A DNA stretch of 64,000 nucleotides from Leucoraja erinacea (GCF_028641065.1 NC_073381.1:70804001-70868000); one strand, 5' to 3'. Counted from the first letter of the stretch, positions 39,680-53,783 are shown. The notes: a model not told the origin generated them from the letters alone. Made by a program: numbers and translations.

Positions 39680-40810
39680 ATTCACACTGCCACCCAGCTT
39701 TGTGCCATCTGCAAATTTGCTAATGTTACTTTGAATCCCTTCATCCAAATCATTGATGTATATTGTAAATGGCTGCGAGCACCGAGCTTTGCGGTACCCC
39801 ACTGGTCACTGCCTGCCATTCTGAAAGGGACCCGTTAATCCCTACTCTTTGTTTCCTGTCTGTCAACCACTTCTCTATCCATGTCAGCACTCTACCCCCA
39901 ATACCATGTGCCCTAATTTTGCCCACTAATATCCTATGTGGGACCATATCAAATGCTTTCTGAAAGTCCAGGTACATTACATCAACTGATTCTCCCTTGT
40001 CCATTTTCCTAGTTACATCTTCAAAAAATTCCAGAAAATTAGTCAAGCATGATTTCCCCTTCGGAAATCCATGCTGAAGCGGACTGTTACTGCTATCCAA
40101 ATATGCTGCTATTTCATCTTTTATAATTGACTCCAGCATCTTCCCCACCACCGATGTCAGGCTAACTGGTCTAGAATTCCGTTTTCTCTCTCCCGCCTTT
40201 CTTAAAAAATGGGATAACATTAACTACCCTCCAATTCACAGGAGCTGATCCTGAGTCTATAGAGCATTGGAAAATTATCACCAATGCATCCACAATTTCT
40301 AGAGCCACTTCCTTAAGTACCCTGGGATGCAGACCATCAGGCCCAGGGGATTTATCAGCCTTCAGACCCATCAGTCTACCCAGCACCATTTCCTGCCTAA
40401 TGTGGATTCCCTTCAGTTCCTCCCTCCCACTAGAACCTTGGTCCCCTAGTATTTCTGGGAGATTGTTTGTGTCTTCCTTAGTGAAGACAGAACCAAAGTA
40501 CTTGTTTAACTGTTCTGCCATTTCTTTGTTTTCCCATTATAAATTCACCTGTCTGATTGTAAGGGACCTACATTTGTCTTCACTAATCTTCCTTTTTACA
40601 TATCTAACGAAGCTTTTAGAATCAGTTTTTATATTCCCCGCAAGCTTTCTTTCATGGTCTTTCTTCCCCCCCCCCCCCCCCCCCCATAATTAACCCCTTT
40701 GTAGGATCCTCTGGCCACTACTATATCAGGAAGATTGTTTGTATCATCCTCAGTGAAGGCCGATCCAAAGTACCTGTTCAACTCATCTGCCATTTCCTTG
40801 TTCCCCAGTT
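39680..40810 (-). mobile_element. CR1 RT fragment in CCNC intron 9
   Basis: ORFs 39750-40220 and 40171-40521. Confidence 0.9.
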
Positions 40811-41566
40811 ATCCAACTTTCACACCTATTCCTTACACACTATGGACAATTTACAAAGGCCAATTAACCTGCACGCCCACACATCTTTTGGGATGTGGAG
40901 GATACCCGAGCACCCGGACATAACCTATGTGGTCACAGGAAAAACTTGCAAACTCCACACAAACAGCATCCGAGGTCTTTTAATCCTTCAGATCCAAGAA
41001 TCAGATGGTCAGATCCAGAGATCAGTTCATCACCTACTGACATTATATAGATTATGGAACCACGGGAACTGTGAGAATACACAACATGATATATTGTAGA
41101 AACCAGCATTCAGATCTTATCCTTTGCTTTATTAGGTATGTATTCATTTAACCTAAATGAATGATAGCTATTAAAAAAATTAATGATTGTAAAATATTTC
41201 CCCTTCTTTATTGTAATTATGATAAAATTATGATAAAATGAAATGATGTTGGTCATCTGTTTGAATTAATTTCTGAATTAGTTAGTCATCAAGAGTATAA
41301 TTTAGTCTTTCAAAATAAATAGTATTTAAGACTTAAAATTGAGGGGTTCAAAATAAACCTCCAAGTACATTAACAACCAAACCAATTATGAAATATGAAA
41401 TAAAATAATATGAAATATTAACACAAATTCAAATCATGAATTGATTGTAAACTTACGTAGCATTAATTCACAGTACAATTCCAACATGCTTGAAAGAATG
41501 ATAACTTCAGATTTTACAGTGACAATCAACAAACTGTATCTCATGTCCAACAACTATAATACTCAC

Positions 41567-41634
41567 CCAAGGCGATCATGAATGGAGGATACATGAGGCA
41601 AAGGTCTGTCCTGTAGGTGTCATTCACTATCCTC
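41567..41634 (-). CDS. CCNC: Cyclin C exon 9 ([22 protein letters not shown])
   Basis: Manual translation; AG/GT; 68 nt. Confidence 0.96.
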
Positions 41635-42897
41635 CTGTGCAGATTAAGGCATGTAGTTTTAAAATTACGTTTTTATGAATGAAACTACAAGTATTTATAA
41701 CTGATGCAACTCAGAAGTAGAATAATGTTCTTTCCAAAAAGCCTAATTGTCAAAGCTCAGTAGCATTTCTTGACCCAACCTATTTGTTCCTGAAATGACA
41801 GCTACATTATACAAAGAGGCACGTTCATATTTATTTTTGGCTCAATTGCTAGTAGTCTCACCTCCAGGACTGGCTCACGTTATCTAGGCTGAGATTTAAT
41901 TGCTTAACTGAAGGAGTGGGAGTGCTGCATTGCTTGGCAGTGATGGCATCTTGCAGACGAGGCTCAGTCTGTCCGTTCAGGTGGTCGTAAAAGATCCCAC
42001 TGCACTTTTCTGAAGAGCCGGCACTTTTCCAAGTATCTTGCCGAACAGCCACACCACTAAGTCAGCTTGATTGGTCACTTATCCTGCCACTGTGCAAAAT
42101 GGTTGCCACATTTCCATACTTGAAATATAATTTAATGGCCCTGAAGCACTTTGGGATATTGAGGACATGAGAGGTACTATATAACTACAATTACTTTTTT
42201 TCCATTCCACTGAATTCTGATAGATTTACTCACATAGAACATAAAAATGATTAATGAGTGTTGAAAAATAAAACATGGCATGCACGACTTCCAAGTGAAG
42301 AAGTTATAGAAACATAGAAAATAGGTGCATGAGTAGGCCATTCGACACTTCGAACCAGCACCTCCATTCAATATGATCATGGCTGATCATCTAAAATCAG
42401 TAACCCGCTCCATATCCCTTGATTCCGTTAGCCGTAAGATCTAAATCTTACACTCTTGAAAACATCCAGTAAATTGGCTTCCATTGCCTTCTGTGGCAGA
42501 GAATTCCACAGATTCACAAATCTCTAAAGTGAAATTTTTCCTCATCTCAGTTCCAAAAATATAACTGCACTACTATTCTTGATCTTTTTAAATGTATGCC
42601 TCAGGGAGTCCATTATGTTGATTTAGAAGCAATAGAACTATTGAATTGAAAACAGTCCTACAATTAATGCATGTATTTAACCGAGAAGTACTGACAGCAC
42701 GAGGTGCTACGTAAATGCAGATATTATTTCTGAAGAAACTTGCTTTTCTTGGGAAAATGACTTTTTTTAACCAAGAATAGGAAACTGTATATGTCAAATG
42801 AAATTAGCCTTTGCCACAAAATATAATAAACACAAATTGTATTTATGTACAAACACCACAATACACAGAAAGGCAGCTGATTATAATATAATCTTAC

Positions 42898-42989
42898 CAT
42901 GCTAATGGTAGCAACATGTCTTCTTGTCCCATATCTTGTACATACTGTAGCAATGGTCTATAGGGATGGTATACTATCAGACAGCAATC
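42898..42989 (-). CDS. CCNC: Cyclin C exon 8 (DCCLIVYHPYRPLLQYVQDMGQEDMLLPLAW)
   Basis: Manual translation; AG/GT; 92 nt. Confidence 0.96.
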
Positions 42990-43722
42990 CTTCACAAAGA
43001 ATGCAAAATAGTATTAAATAGTTGACATAAGTCTCCAAAACAGTCCCAAACAAATTCAGGTTCGATGGTATAACAAGTGTAAAATATCATCTTGCTACAG
43101 GGATCACAGCCTAAATCCAGTCTAAATAGATCTACTATGTTTATTGCTATAAGGATATACACTGAATTATATCTGGCAAATTAGTATTCAGTATGAATTT
43201 ACAACTTTAAACTACTTTATTTGAAAGTGATTGGCACTGAAGCTGCATGCCCAAAATAGGAAAGTGATCTATTTCCAAAAGCTATCTATTTTGTTTAAGA
43301 CCCAAGGAACTGCAGATGCTGGAATCTTGAGTAAAACAGCAAGTAAATCAGCAGGTTAGGCAGCATCTTGGAGGAAGTATGAGCTTCAGACTCATTGTAG
43401 TTGGTGAGAGAAAATTGGAAAGGTGATGTCCCCTTCCTCCAATAGTCCTTCCTCTAGATTTATATTTCCCTCCTCTTTTCTTCTTATCTGACACCCTTTG
43501 GTTTCCTTTTCATCGCCAGCCATCTGCCAATAAAACCTTCTCACCTGTCGAATGTTACTATTACTTGTCAGGCTTTGTCCAGGCCCCACCTCTTTTCCAG
43601 ATCTCTCCTCCGTACTACAATTAGTTTAAAGAACGGTCCCGACTCGAAACGTCACTGAGGTAACATCAACATCAACAGTTTGAGGTGTTAATTTTTGTTG
43701 TAAATAAGTCAAGAGCACTTAC

Positions 43723-43758
43723 CATTAATTCTAACAAATAAAATTCACATTCTAATAT
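43723..43758 (-). CDS. CCNC: Cyclin C exon 7 (ILECEFYLLELM)
   Basis: AG/GT; 36 nt. Confidence 0.95.
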
Positions 43759-44310
43759 CTGCAAAAAAAACAGCAAATCAGCAAAAGATTTTAAGTATTT
43801 GATCATTACTACCTGCCTGTAGATGGAACAATTTGGAAAAAGGATATCAAGCCGGCAATTCCCATTGTTAATCTTAAGAAACGGTAAGATGCCAGAGAGA
43901 AAGATCCTAATTGCAAAAGAGCCGTAAAGATTGGTCTGATATGCAAGTGCAGGATTCCCATTTAAAGAAGTGATTGTAGAAACAAATGCAACAGAAGCAA
44001 GACTCAATATTACTGGGTTCACCGGGAAATTCATCGGATTGGTGGCATTGCGAGATGAAGCTGGGAATCTTGCCGTTGAATGACAATTTGGAGTTAAAGA
44101 GGAGCTTATTGGAGGAGAAAGTTAAAACCGGACATCATGTGTGGACGACTGTGTCGTCTGTACTGGAAGAAAATTAGTACCAAAGGGATTTTGAATTTTG
44201 TTTCCTTTGACACACAACACAACCTACACCACAAGAATAAAAACCGGAATGGGAATGGGGGCAGTGACTATCCTGAAATAGGTTACGTTATTACTACTAA
44301 AGACCACTGT

Positions 44311-46508
44311 TGTGGCGGCACCCGGTGGTTGGGCCACTAGCTACATGAACCCTCAGCAGTCGGTCATGTGACTGGGCAATGGCAGGGAGGAGTTGTCACG
44401 GGATACAGGGGTGTGTCCTGGGATATATAACGAGCCCTGGGACAACCCTCTCTCCCTCTCTCTTACTTCGAGCTGACCAGCTCTCTTCTCTCTAATGGTG
44501 AGTGTCCTTACACCTCAGCAGGGACTCAGCTTGAGCCCATGAGGCAACAACAACTTTATGTTAGAGAACCAACGTGCATGCAAAACAAACATGTTATGCC
44601 TATATAAAGTAACCCGTATGTTCATCACGTTTCGTGCCTCTACATTGGTGACCCCGACGTTCCAAAACAGATATTTTGGATTTCCCAACGCACGCAGCCG
44701 ACCATCTGCCGTGGTGACCTGATGTCTGCAGCTGGCAGCCCAGCTCTACGGTATTGACCGCTATGGATGCAGCCGTCAACTCTGCGCTGCACCTTGACGG
44801 CGCTTTGGGCCTCACCGCCGCGGTCGGGCCATTCGACTCCCACCCATGACTGGCCGATCTAGCCGATCGCAGGCCGCCTGGGTCGTCCACCCATATTCTG
44901 GGCCCACCGCAGTAGACAGCAGCGCAGCAGCCTTCGCCCTCGCTATCTCTCTCGCATGACCCACCCGGAGCCGACCACTGGGACTGAGAGGCCACGTCTG
45001 CTGCCGCTCCCCCACCAGCCTCCGCTCCCCCACCAGCTGCTGCAGGAGCTGCGAGGGTAGCAGGCCCCCGCCCCCAGCATCACCAACACCCGCCTGATGG
45101 CCCCGGATGCGGGGAGAGAGCGGACCCGCCCACCCCACTGGCTGCTGCTCAAGGCCTAGCCACCTGATAGGGCGGGCCTACCTGGGGCAGCTGCCTGAAG
45201 ACGTCCTCACCGGCGCAGATTCCGAAGATCCCTGGGCGCTGGCTACCCGTCCAACCCAGCAGTGGGTGGTGCCTCAGCCAGTCAAGAGTCGGCGGTCCCG
45301 CGACAGATTCTCCAGCAGCTTTCAGCCACTGTCAAGGGCGTAGCAGCGCAGCCGGTCTCTGAAGACACCGGCGACGGTGGATGGAGTCGCTACCTGCAGC
45401 GGTGGGGCGAGGCCCATTGATGCCGGCCGCCAAAATGGCCGCCGCGGTCTACTCCCACATGGCCGCAGCAGTGACTAAAAAAATGGCCACCACGGCCGGC
45501 CGGAAGCGACGCTCGACCTGCTGACCACCGTCAGCAGCGTCATCTCTGGTCAAATGGAGTCTATGCCACCTGACCGACGTCTACAGCGCCACTCCTGGTC
45601 GGTTGGTGTTACTACAGCCTCCAGTTTAAAGCACACTTTGGACTTTGCAGTATCTTTGCTGTTTGCTCACTGTAGTTTTTTTCCCCATTGTACACTGTAA
45701 TCACCTAGCTTAATATCACTTTTAGTTTCTTGTTGTATCTGCATTGCTGCCGATGTCTTTCTCAGGTCACAATCCCCAGCTTGTCGACGTGACTGGTCTA
45801 TACCTCGTCCGTCCTGCACCTTTTGCGTTGGTCTCCTTGCATCCCTCGACATACCTCGGGAGGGCCCACAGCCAGATCATCAGATCATCGACAGCGCCCG
45901 CGGGCTCCTCTGTACCGACCCACAGTCGGGTTCCCCTGACCCCACAGCAAGCACCACCCTCGACCATGCTTGCGCACCTTCTGGTAGAAGGTGAGCACGC
46001 TCCCATCACTTTTCAACGTCTGCCATCACCGTCTGCCTGTTAGTTTACGAGTCAGGCTGCCGCGTTTTGTTAGCCTGCTCGTTTTCCTGCCTCTGGTTCT
46101 GGGGGGGGGAGGGGGGGGTCCTGTTGCGGCACCTGGTGATTGGGCCACTAGCTGCACGAATGCACAGCAGCCAGTCACATGACTGGGCAATGGCAGGGAG
46201 GAGTTGTCATGGGGTACAGGGATGTGTCCTGGGATATACAACGAACTCTGGGACAACCCTCTCTCTCTCTCCCTCTCCCTCTCCCTCCCTCTCTCTCTCT
46301 CTCTCTCTCACTTCGAGCTGACCAGCTCTCTTCTCTCTAGGGGCGAGTGTCCTTCCACCTCAGCAGGGGCTCAGCTCGAGCCCACGAGGCAACAGCCTCG
46401 CAGCAGCAACAACAACTTTATGTTATGGAGGACCAACGTGCATGTATAACAAACCTTTTAGGCCTGAATAAAGTAACCCATTTGTTCACCACGTTTGCTG
46501 CCTCTACA
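44311..46508 (+). mobile_element. Internally deleted Gypsy LTR retrotransposon (CsRn1-like) in CCNC intron 6
   Basis: LTRs 44311-44644 and 46122-46508 (TG...CA); TSD CTGT; PBS TGGTGACCCCGACGT at 44646; G-rich PPT before 46122; decayed gag. Confidence 0.9.
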
Positions 46509-47022
46509 CTGTAAACATTTACCATGTAATTTTGGAAATGAACTGATGAAGAAATGCCATGCTTCAAACCAACTAAATAAATATGAAATTGAGGATTACC
46601 AAGCAAGGCTTTCCTTATAAAAATGAAAATGCCTTTGAAATGTAAAGTTAAGATGGACAATATATATTTAAATTGTGTTAAAAGAAGAGAAAATTGAAAA
46701 AAATAATGGTGATAAAGTCAGCATAACTTGAATATTTCTCACGCACCTCAGATAAGAAGTCATGATCTGACATATACATCTTAAATTGCCCATGGTTAAA
46801 TAATTAATCTCATTGTATGCTTTATGAAGCCTGAGTGATATGTAACAACATCCTATGATATTTTGGATGTGCTGAAACATACCTATACTGAGTCATAAGC
46901 CAAAGGTAAATTACTTTTAGTGTTGTTTTGACAGGATCACCACTGTATGTACAGCATTGAGAAAGATTTAATGAATAATTATAATCTATTAATATAAAAA
47001 GACATATAACGTTAATACTTAC

Positions 47023-47078
47023 ATGGTTCATCCTGTAGGGAAATTCCTTTGGAAACGCATAAGAAAATCTGGTTTTCA
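47023..47078 (-). CDS. CCNC: Cyclin C exon 6 (LKTRFSYAFPKEFPYRMNH)
   Basis: ORF track plus AG/GT; 56 nt. Confidence 0.96.
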
Positions 47079-47661
47079 CTATGTCATAACAGAAAGGTTA
47101 AAAAATAAGTGTTAAAAAAAATAGTTCAATACAGTGAAATAACTATGCAATGTGCTTGTTATTTAGTACAAGACCCAAAACAGAGGCATATAAGAATCAC
47201 CAAAATAGCTGGGATGAGGATTGGGTGCAGCTCAAAAATCAGAGAATGAGAACAAAAACATTAATTAAAAAGGAAGCTGGGATACAGGGGTAAACTTGCA
47301 CGTAACATAAAAATTGCTGTGAAAGCTCCGAAAATAAAACCATCCTTAACAAATCCACTATGGTTTTGAAGAGTCTGCAGAAGGGTCCTAAGCCAAAACA
47401 TTGCCTATACTGTAGATTCCCTCCAGAGAGGCTACATAAACCGCCGAGTTACTGAGTTACAAATGTGCATCTTTGCGCTTGCAGAAATATTGGACTACAG
47501 ACAATTTTCTGGAAATGCATCCCCTGTGCCCCACACCCCATCTCTGTAACATGGAGGTCGCCTGGAGAGTGCCTTCCGCCAATACACTTAAGTGCATAAT
47601 GATAGGTAACAGATTTTGTAGCTGGAGATTTTCAAGAAATAAAAAAAACTATTGTACTTAC

Positions 47662-47713
47662 ACACAGAGGTTGAAGCTGAAATCAAACGTGTGTTTGAGA
47701 CCACACCAAATTC
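47662..47713 (-). CDS. CCNC: Cyclin C exon 5 (EFGVVSNTRLISASTSV)
   Basis: Manual translation; AG/GT; 52 nt. Confidence 0.95.
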
Positions 47714-48339
47714 CTAAAAGCGAAAGAATAGATTGTGGCAGGAAGTTCTACACAATATGACAATACATCGTATGGAACAGGATTGCATGCAAACAATATT
47801 TTTTCACTGCATCTTGACATATTTGATAATAATAAACCAATACCAATAAATGGGATGTTTTGGTTTGATTTCTGTGCCTCAAAAATTGGAATTGAAACGT
47901 ATGCAGATTATACTTTCAAGTACCCCTCTCAAATATGGTAGAAATGGTTAAATTTACATGGCCGGAATAATCCATACTTCTGCTACATCGCAGCTCCTCA
48001 TATTAATGAGTGTTAATTGTGATTTATTGTAATGCATATATTGATTTGGTTCACGACAAAATGCTCAAAAACTGCTGCAATTATGTTACACTAATTATTC
48101 TTTCACAATAAATATTATTTATCCAAGAATATTCTAGCAAGCATTCTACATGATGTAAGGAAATACCAAGGTACAAATACAGACAACAACTGATTGATAA
48201 ACTTTACAGATATACTTGGCATAAGGAGGTTTGCTCATATATGCATACAAGTGATCTTCTGCAGAAGAGAACTCCTTATGTTTTTAAGTAGGCTCTGCCA
48301 ATACCATTTCAACAAATTGGAGAGATTTCTGTACAAGCG

Positions 48340-48583
48340 AGTCTGTGCCGACCGGTGATCACCCATACACTAGTTCTATCCCTAACACTAGAGACAATTA
48401 ACAGAAGCCAAGTCAACCAACAAACCCACATGTCTTTGAAATGTGAGAGGAAACCGGAGCACCTGGGGAAAACATACTCAGTTACAAAGAGAACTCCATA
48501 CAGACAAAACCCATAGTCAGGATCGAACCCAGGTCTCTAGCGCTACAAGTCAGCAACTCTACTGTTGCGTCAATTTGCCGCCC
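48340..48583 (-). mobile_element. tRNA-derived V-SINE (HE1-like); degenerate relatives at about 10550-10640, 40830-40975, 54380-54690
   Basis: B box GGTTCGATCC and V-domain-like TGCTCCGGTTTCCTCTCACATTTCAAAGAC. Confidence 0.75.
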
Positions 48584-48720
48584 ATGACATTATGTTAGGA
48601 AAGCACATGTTTGAAATACCTGGGGGATAAAACCCTACTTTTGTTGGTTTAAAATAAAGCCACCAAGCAATACATGACAACTGTAGCTTTGTTCGAGATC
48701 CTCACAAATGCTCCTCAATA

Positions 48721-50075
48721 TCTATATTACTAAAACTCTGATCTTGACCACTTCCTGTGGTTCTGTATATTGATTTTAGAAAAAACGTTGCACCTTACGG
48801 CTGTGATTTTTGGCCATCTTACTCAGAGTCCCCCTCCGCTGCGCAGGACAAGAGGATTTTTCCCATCGATAAAAAATAAAAGTTATTAGTGTTTAAAAAA
48901 TGTTGAGATTCTCTCTCCAGAATGCCACGCCCCTTCCGGAGGGACTATAAAAAACAGAAGTGTTGAGTGCCTGTCAGTTTCTGCAAGATCGGGTAGCGAG
49001 AGGGTCACGTCTCTCAGTCTGAGCTGTGAATAACACTGAACACATGTCTACTAAACTGTGAGTGTTTTTACTGACCTGTCAGTGCCCTTAATGTGGTTTG
49101 AAAATATAGATAGGAAATGCTAAAGCTGTGTTGCCATTGGTTTGGAAATGCTAAAGCTGTGTTGCCTTTGATTTGGAAATGCTAAAGCTGCGTTGCCTTT
49201 GGTTTTGAAATGCTAAAGCTGTGTTGCCTTTGGTTTTGAAATGCTAAAGCTGTGTTGTCTTTGGTTGGGAAATGCCAAAGCTGTGTTGCCTTTGGTTTTG
49301 AAATGCTAAAGCTGTGTTGTCTTTGGTTGGGAAATGCCAAAGCTGTGTTGCCTTTGGTTTTGAAATGCTAAAGTTGACTTGCCTAATTAAAGTTGCCTTG
49401 CCTTCTATATAATTAAAAGTATAATCTTGACCACTTCCTGTTTGCGCTTTATATTGATTTTAGAAAAAACGCTACCACGTACGGCTGTGATTTTTGGCCA
49501 TCTTACTCAGTCCCCTTCCGCTCATCAGGTGCCGAGGATTTTTCCCAGCGATTAAAAATAAAAGAGTTATTAGTGTTTAAAAAATGTTGAGATTATCTCT
49601 CCTGTCAATCACACCATGAAGGCCACGCCCCCTCTGGTGGGAAGGGGGTAGGTACTATAAAACCCAGAAGTGTGGGCGTGGCTCAGTCTCTGCAAGATGG
49701 AGATGGGAGAGGTCACGACTCGCTGTCTTTATTGGCCTTGCACCCTGCATGAAATTGTAAGAAACAGCACTTGAAGTTGGTTGCCTTGCACCCTGCTTGA
49801 AATGGTATTTGAAGGAATAGCCGCGAGTCAACTGCCAGCCCACCAGCCATGAGTGAGTGAGCTGCCAGCACAACAGGCTTGAGTGACTGAGCTGCCAGCC
49901 CAAGAATCCATTCAGCCCACAATGTCCATACTAGCCCTCTGGAAACCAGTCCCTTCAGCCCACAACACCCATATTAGCACTCCAGAAAGCCCCCCCCTCC
50001 CCCCCAATTGAAATTGGTGGAGAGGTGGAATATTTCCTTGGGGACCAGCCCTCCCGTGTGATGCTGGGAACTTAG
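48721..50075 (+). mobile_element. Non-autonomous element (possibly Helitron-like) with an internal duplication and minisatellite
   Basis: Starts A|TCTATATTACTAAAACTCTGATCTTG; about 250-bp duplication (48741-48990 vs 49424-49700); no TIR seen. Confidence 0.5.
49113..49390. repeat. Minisatellite of about 31 bp (GAAATGCTAAAGCTGTGTTGCCTTTGGTTTT), about 8.5 copies
   Basis: Directly visible. Confidence 0.93.
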
Positions 50076-50416
50076 TAACTTATAATCCTGTCCCCATAAT
50101 ACTCATCTTACCTCTCTGACAATCCTGGATGGCACTGTTAAATATGAAATATCTTGTTATCCTTGCGCGCTTCACATTGCGAATACACATTGGCTATTGC
50201 CGTTTTCGTGATGTTACAAATATGTATTTTATGATACCCTAACATTTTTATCTCGCATGCTACAAAAGGAATAGTAAAAAGGTATCTGCAAAAAACTCCC
50301 AATGAAGTATAGTCTACTCAATAAATCGTTCTATAACTAGTAATTCAAATGATAATGAATATTGATAAACCAAAACTTGGTTAATATTTATTTAATGATA
50401 ATAATAATTGAGATAC

Positions 50417-50486
50417 CTCTACTTTTGACGCTAAAAATACACAGGTTGGAGCCATCAATACTGGATCAATACTCTTCAGCGAGTAC
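50417..50486 (-). CDS. CCNC: Cyclin C exon 4 (YSLKSIDPVLMAPTCVFLASKVE)
   Basis: Manual translation; AG/GT; 70 nt. Confidence 0.96.
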
Positions 50487-51491
50487 CTAACAAGATAAAA
50501 ATATATCAGTAAAATTTTACTCAAAATATACCAAAGTTATTTAATGTGCTTTAATGGATAAATCAACACTGTTGATGTAGCTTCTATAAATGACAAAAAC
50601 ATAGTATTTTCAAATAAGATATTCAAAATAAGATATTCTGATCTCCCCAACCCATTTAAAAGAGAATAAAAGAATGCCAAAACAAGTTTGGTCATTTATT
50701 TATTTTGTTTTAAACCTTGTGTGTACAATGGGGACTACATATCACAACAGTAACTACTATTTCATTGGTTGAGGTGTTTGGAAATGGCCTGAAGTCACAT
50801 AGCTTTTGATGTGATGTTCAAACGTTTACCTAGGAACAATCATATCAGGTTTGGAGATAACTATAAAATAAATGATGATCATTGTAAGTTAAAACAAAGA
50901 TCATAATTTAAAATTAGTGGAATACTTTTTCATAAGTATAACAAAACCTTTTACAGAATGCAACAATAAAACAATAATACAATGGTTCATAAGTGTTTTC
51001 AATCATTCGGAAAGATCAGGCAATATGCACAATAAAACTATAATCATCCACTTGACACAAATTTCAAACATGAGGCAATGACTATCAATGTGCATAATGG
51101 ACATTGTGGATGAATAACACTGAGTATATATTGATACACAGCACCCATTACAACAAAGAGAGGCAATGAGAAGCAAGTTGATTAGTAAGGGTGTCAGGGG
51201 TTATGGGGAGAAGGCAGAAGAATTGGGTTGAGTGGGAAAGATAGATCAGCAATGATTGAATTGCAGAGTCGACGTTATGGACCGAATGTCCTAAATCTGT
51301 TCCTATAACATTAAGTTTCATTTAAGTGGAGTTCCACATCAGATTCAGCAGTGCCAACATAACTTGTGCTTTTGATGTAGGTATACATTAATTGAAAAGC
51401 AAGAAGACAAATGCAAGCCTGTTTTATTACATTTCTTATTTTATACCAAATGAATCCTATAAAATAAAACTGAATGGAAAAGTAATCTCAC

Positions 51492-51576
51492 CTGGCATAG
51501 AATCTTTTGAAGTAGACCGTTGCAGTTGCAATAACCTGCTGCCTCAATTTGAGGTGTTCCCCGAGAGCTTGGATTA
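51492..51576 (-). CDS. CCNC: Cyclin C exon 3 (VIQALGEHLKLRQQVIATATVYFKRFYAR)
   Basis: Cyclin box; AG/GT; 85 nt. Confidence 0.96.
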
Positions 51577-51884
51577 CTATTGACAAATCAGGGAGAAATG
51601 TTTACTCACAATGTTTGCTCTGCCCTTTAGATATTTGCATCATGTATTAAATTTAAATTGATTTTCACCCAAAAATATTAATCTTGAAATTATGATAATG
51701 GTCATAAGATGCACCATTTAAAGATTTTTACAACTACAATTTCCATTTGGCACAACTTAACATTAAAAAATGTTCTCATATCTGTTGTGCTATATTTCAC
51801 AGTGTGGCATATAATTAGTTAATAAAAAGCCAGGTTTGAGTGTATTCTCCATTGAAATTGCCAGGTCCTAGAGTTAAAGTGGGA

Positions 51885-52137
51885 AATCCTTTAGGACCGA
51901 GATGAGGAAAACCTTTTTCACACAGAGAGTGGTAAATCTGTGGAATTCTCTCCCGCAGAAGGTAATTGAGGCTAGTTCATTGGCTATATTTAAGAGGGAG
52001 TTAGATGTGGCTAAAGGGATCAGGGGGTATGGAGAGAAGGCAGGTACAGGATACCGAGTTGGTTGATCAGCCATGATCATATTGAATGGCGGTGAAGGGC
52101 CGAATGGCCTACTCCTGCACCTATTTTCTATGTTTCT
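51885..52137 (+). mobile_element. CR1 3' end with TTTCTATG tail
   Basis: Reverse complement of the tail at 685-950. Confidence 0.88.
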
Positions 52138-53783
52138 ACAACCTGTGTATTTGCGTTTCACCTGAAACTACAGGAGCTATCAAGTCTCCAGGAACTGATG
52201 GCCTGGGTCCTAGTCCTCCAAAGGAAGTAGTTACACAGATACAGCTTTGGCTGTAAGTTACAAACTTCCCTGGTTCCTGGAGAGCTCTTGGAGAGAATTG
52301 GAAAACTGAAAACAAGTAGACTACTATTCAAGAGAGAGAGATATTAAAAACAGGAAACAATAGGCCAATTAGTCTAAGATCCATCATTGGCAGGAGAGAA
52401 AGCTAGAATCCATTATAAAGTAGATAATAGCAGGGCATTCAGAAAAAAAAGCCCAAGATGATCAAGGAAGAGGTTGTGGTTTTAAGACAAGTAAGTTGCA
52501 TCTAACAAATTTACTGGATTTCTTTGAGGATGTAATATGCAGGCTGTCCAGTAAATGTATTGTATTTAGATTTACAGATGGGGTTTGACAAGATCCACTT
52601 AAAAGGTTATTGCAGCTGGTAAGAGTGCATGAGTTTGGGGGTAATATATTGGCATGAATAGTTTAGGTTAGTTTAATATTGTCACATGTACCGTGTACAG
52701 TGAAAGGCTTTCAAGTTGTGTGCTATCCAGTCAATGAAACAATGATGCACAATTACAACCAAGCCATACAGACAAAGGGTACAAGGAAGAACATTTAGTG
52801 CAAGATAAAGTTTGTTTAAAGATTGCTCAAAGGTTTCCAATCAGGTAGAGGTAATGACTGCACTCTAGTTAGTGATAGGTTGGTTCAGTTGCCTGATAAC
52901 TGCTGGGAAGAAACTGTCCCTGAATCTGGAGGTATGCATTTTCAAACTTATGTAACACTTGCCTGTTGGGAGGGGAGAAAAGGGAATGACTGGGGTGAGA
53001 TTGGTCCTTAATTATGCTAGTGGCGTTGCCGAGGCAGCGTGAAGTGCAGATGGAGTAGATGGAAGGGAAAATGGGATCTGGAAATTCTAGTGCACAAAAC
53101 ACAAAAGGTTGCACAGGTACAACAAACAAATAGGAAAGCCCTGGGCTTTATAGCAAAAAGTATAATAGAAAAGATGCTTTGATGCAACTTTACAGGGCAT
53201 TGGCAAGATTATATCCCAAGCAATGATCTCCATATTTAAGGAAGGACATGCTTACATTAGAGACACGTACATTAGATTGATTTTTTTGGAATGATTTATT
53301 TAATGAATAAAGAAAAGTTGAGTGGGGCCTATCTCTTTGGAATGGAGAAGAATGCAAGGGGATCTTATTGAAACGTAAGATTCGAGAAAGGTTGGCAGGT
53401 TGTATGCCAAGGTTGCTTTCCCTGATGGCGTTATGTAAAGCAAGGGAGAGAGGTTTCAGAATATTGGGATACCCATTTCCAATGGAGATGAAGGAATTTC
53501 TTCTCAGAGGGAATTGAGAGTCTTTGGAATACTCTATCACCGAGAGCTGCCGAGGTAAATAAAATATATATATATATATATAATATATTCAACGCAGAGA
53601 CTGGCAAACATTTGAACTAAAAGGGAGGCGAGAGGTGTAGTGAAAGAACAAGAAAGTGGGGTTGTGACCAAGGTTGGAAAACATGAGACAAGGTAAAATG
53701 TTCACTGTTTTACCAAAGTAAATTTCATTGCAAAGAAAATAATATGTTTCATAATTGCTAAAAATACTGATAAACAGCATTAC

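Noticed and set aside
43672-44034. 120-aa minus-strand ORF as an extended CCNC exon
   Set aside because: Only ILECEFYLLELM matches cyclin C, and it has its own canonical splice sites.
49113-49390. CRISPR-like repeat array
   Set aside because: Units are contiguous with no unique spacers and no cas genes; this is a eukaryotic minisatellite.
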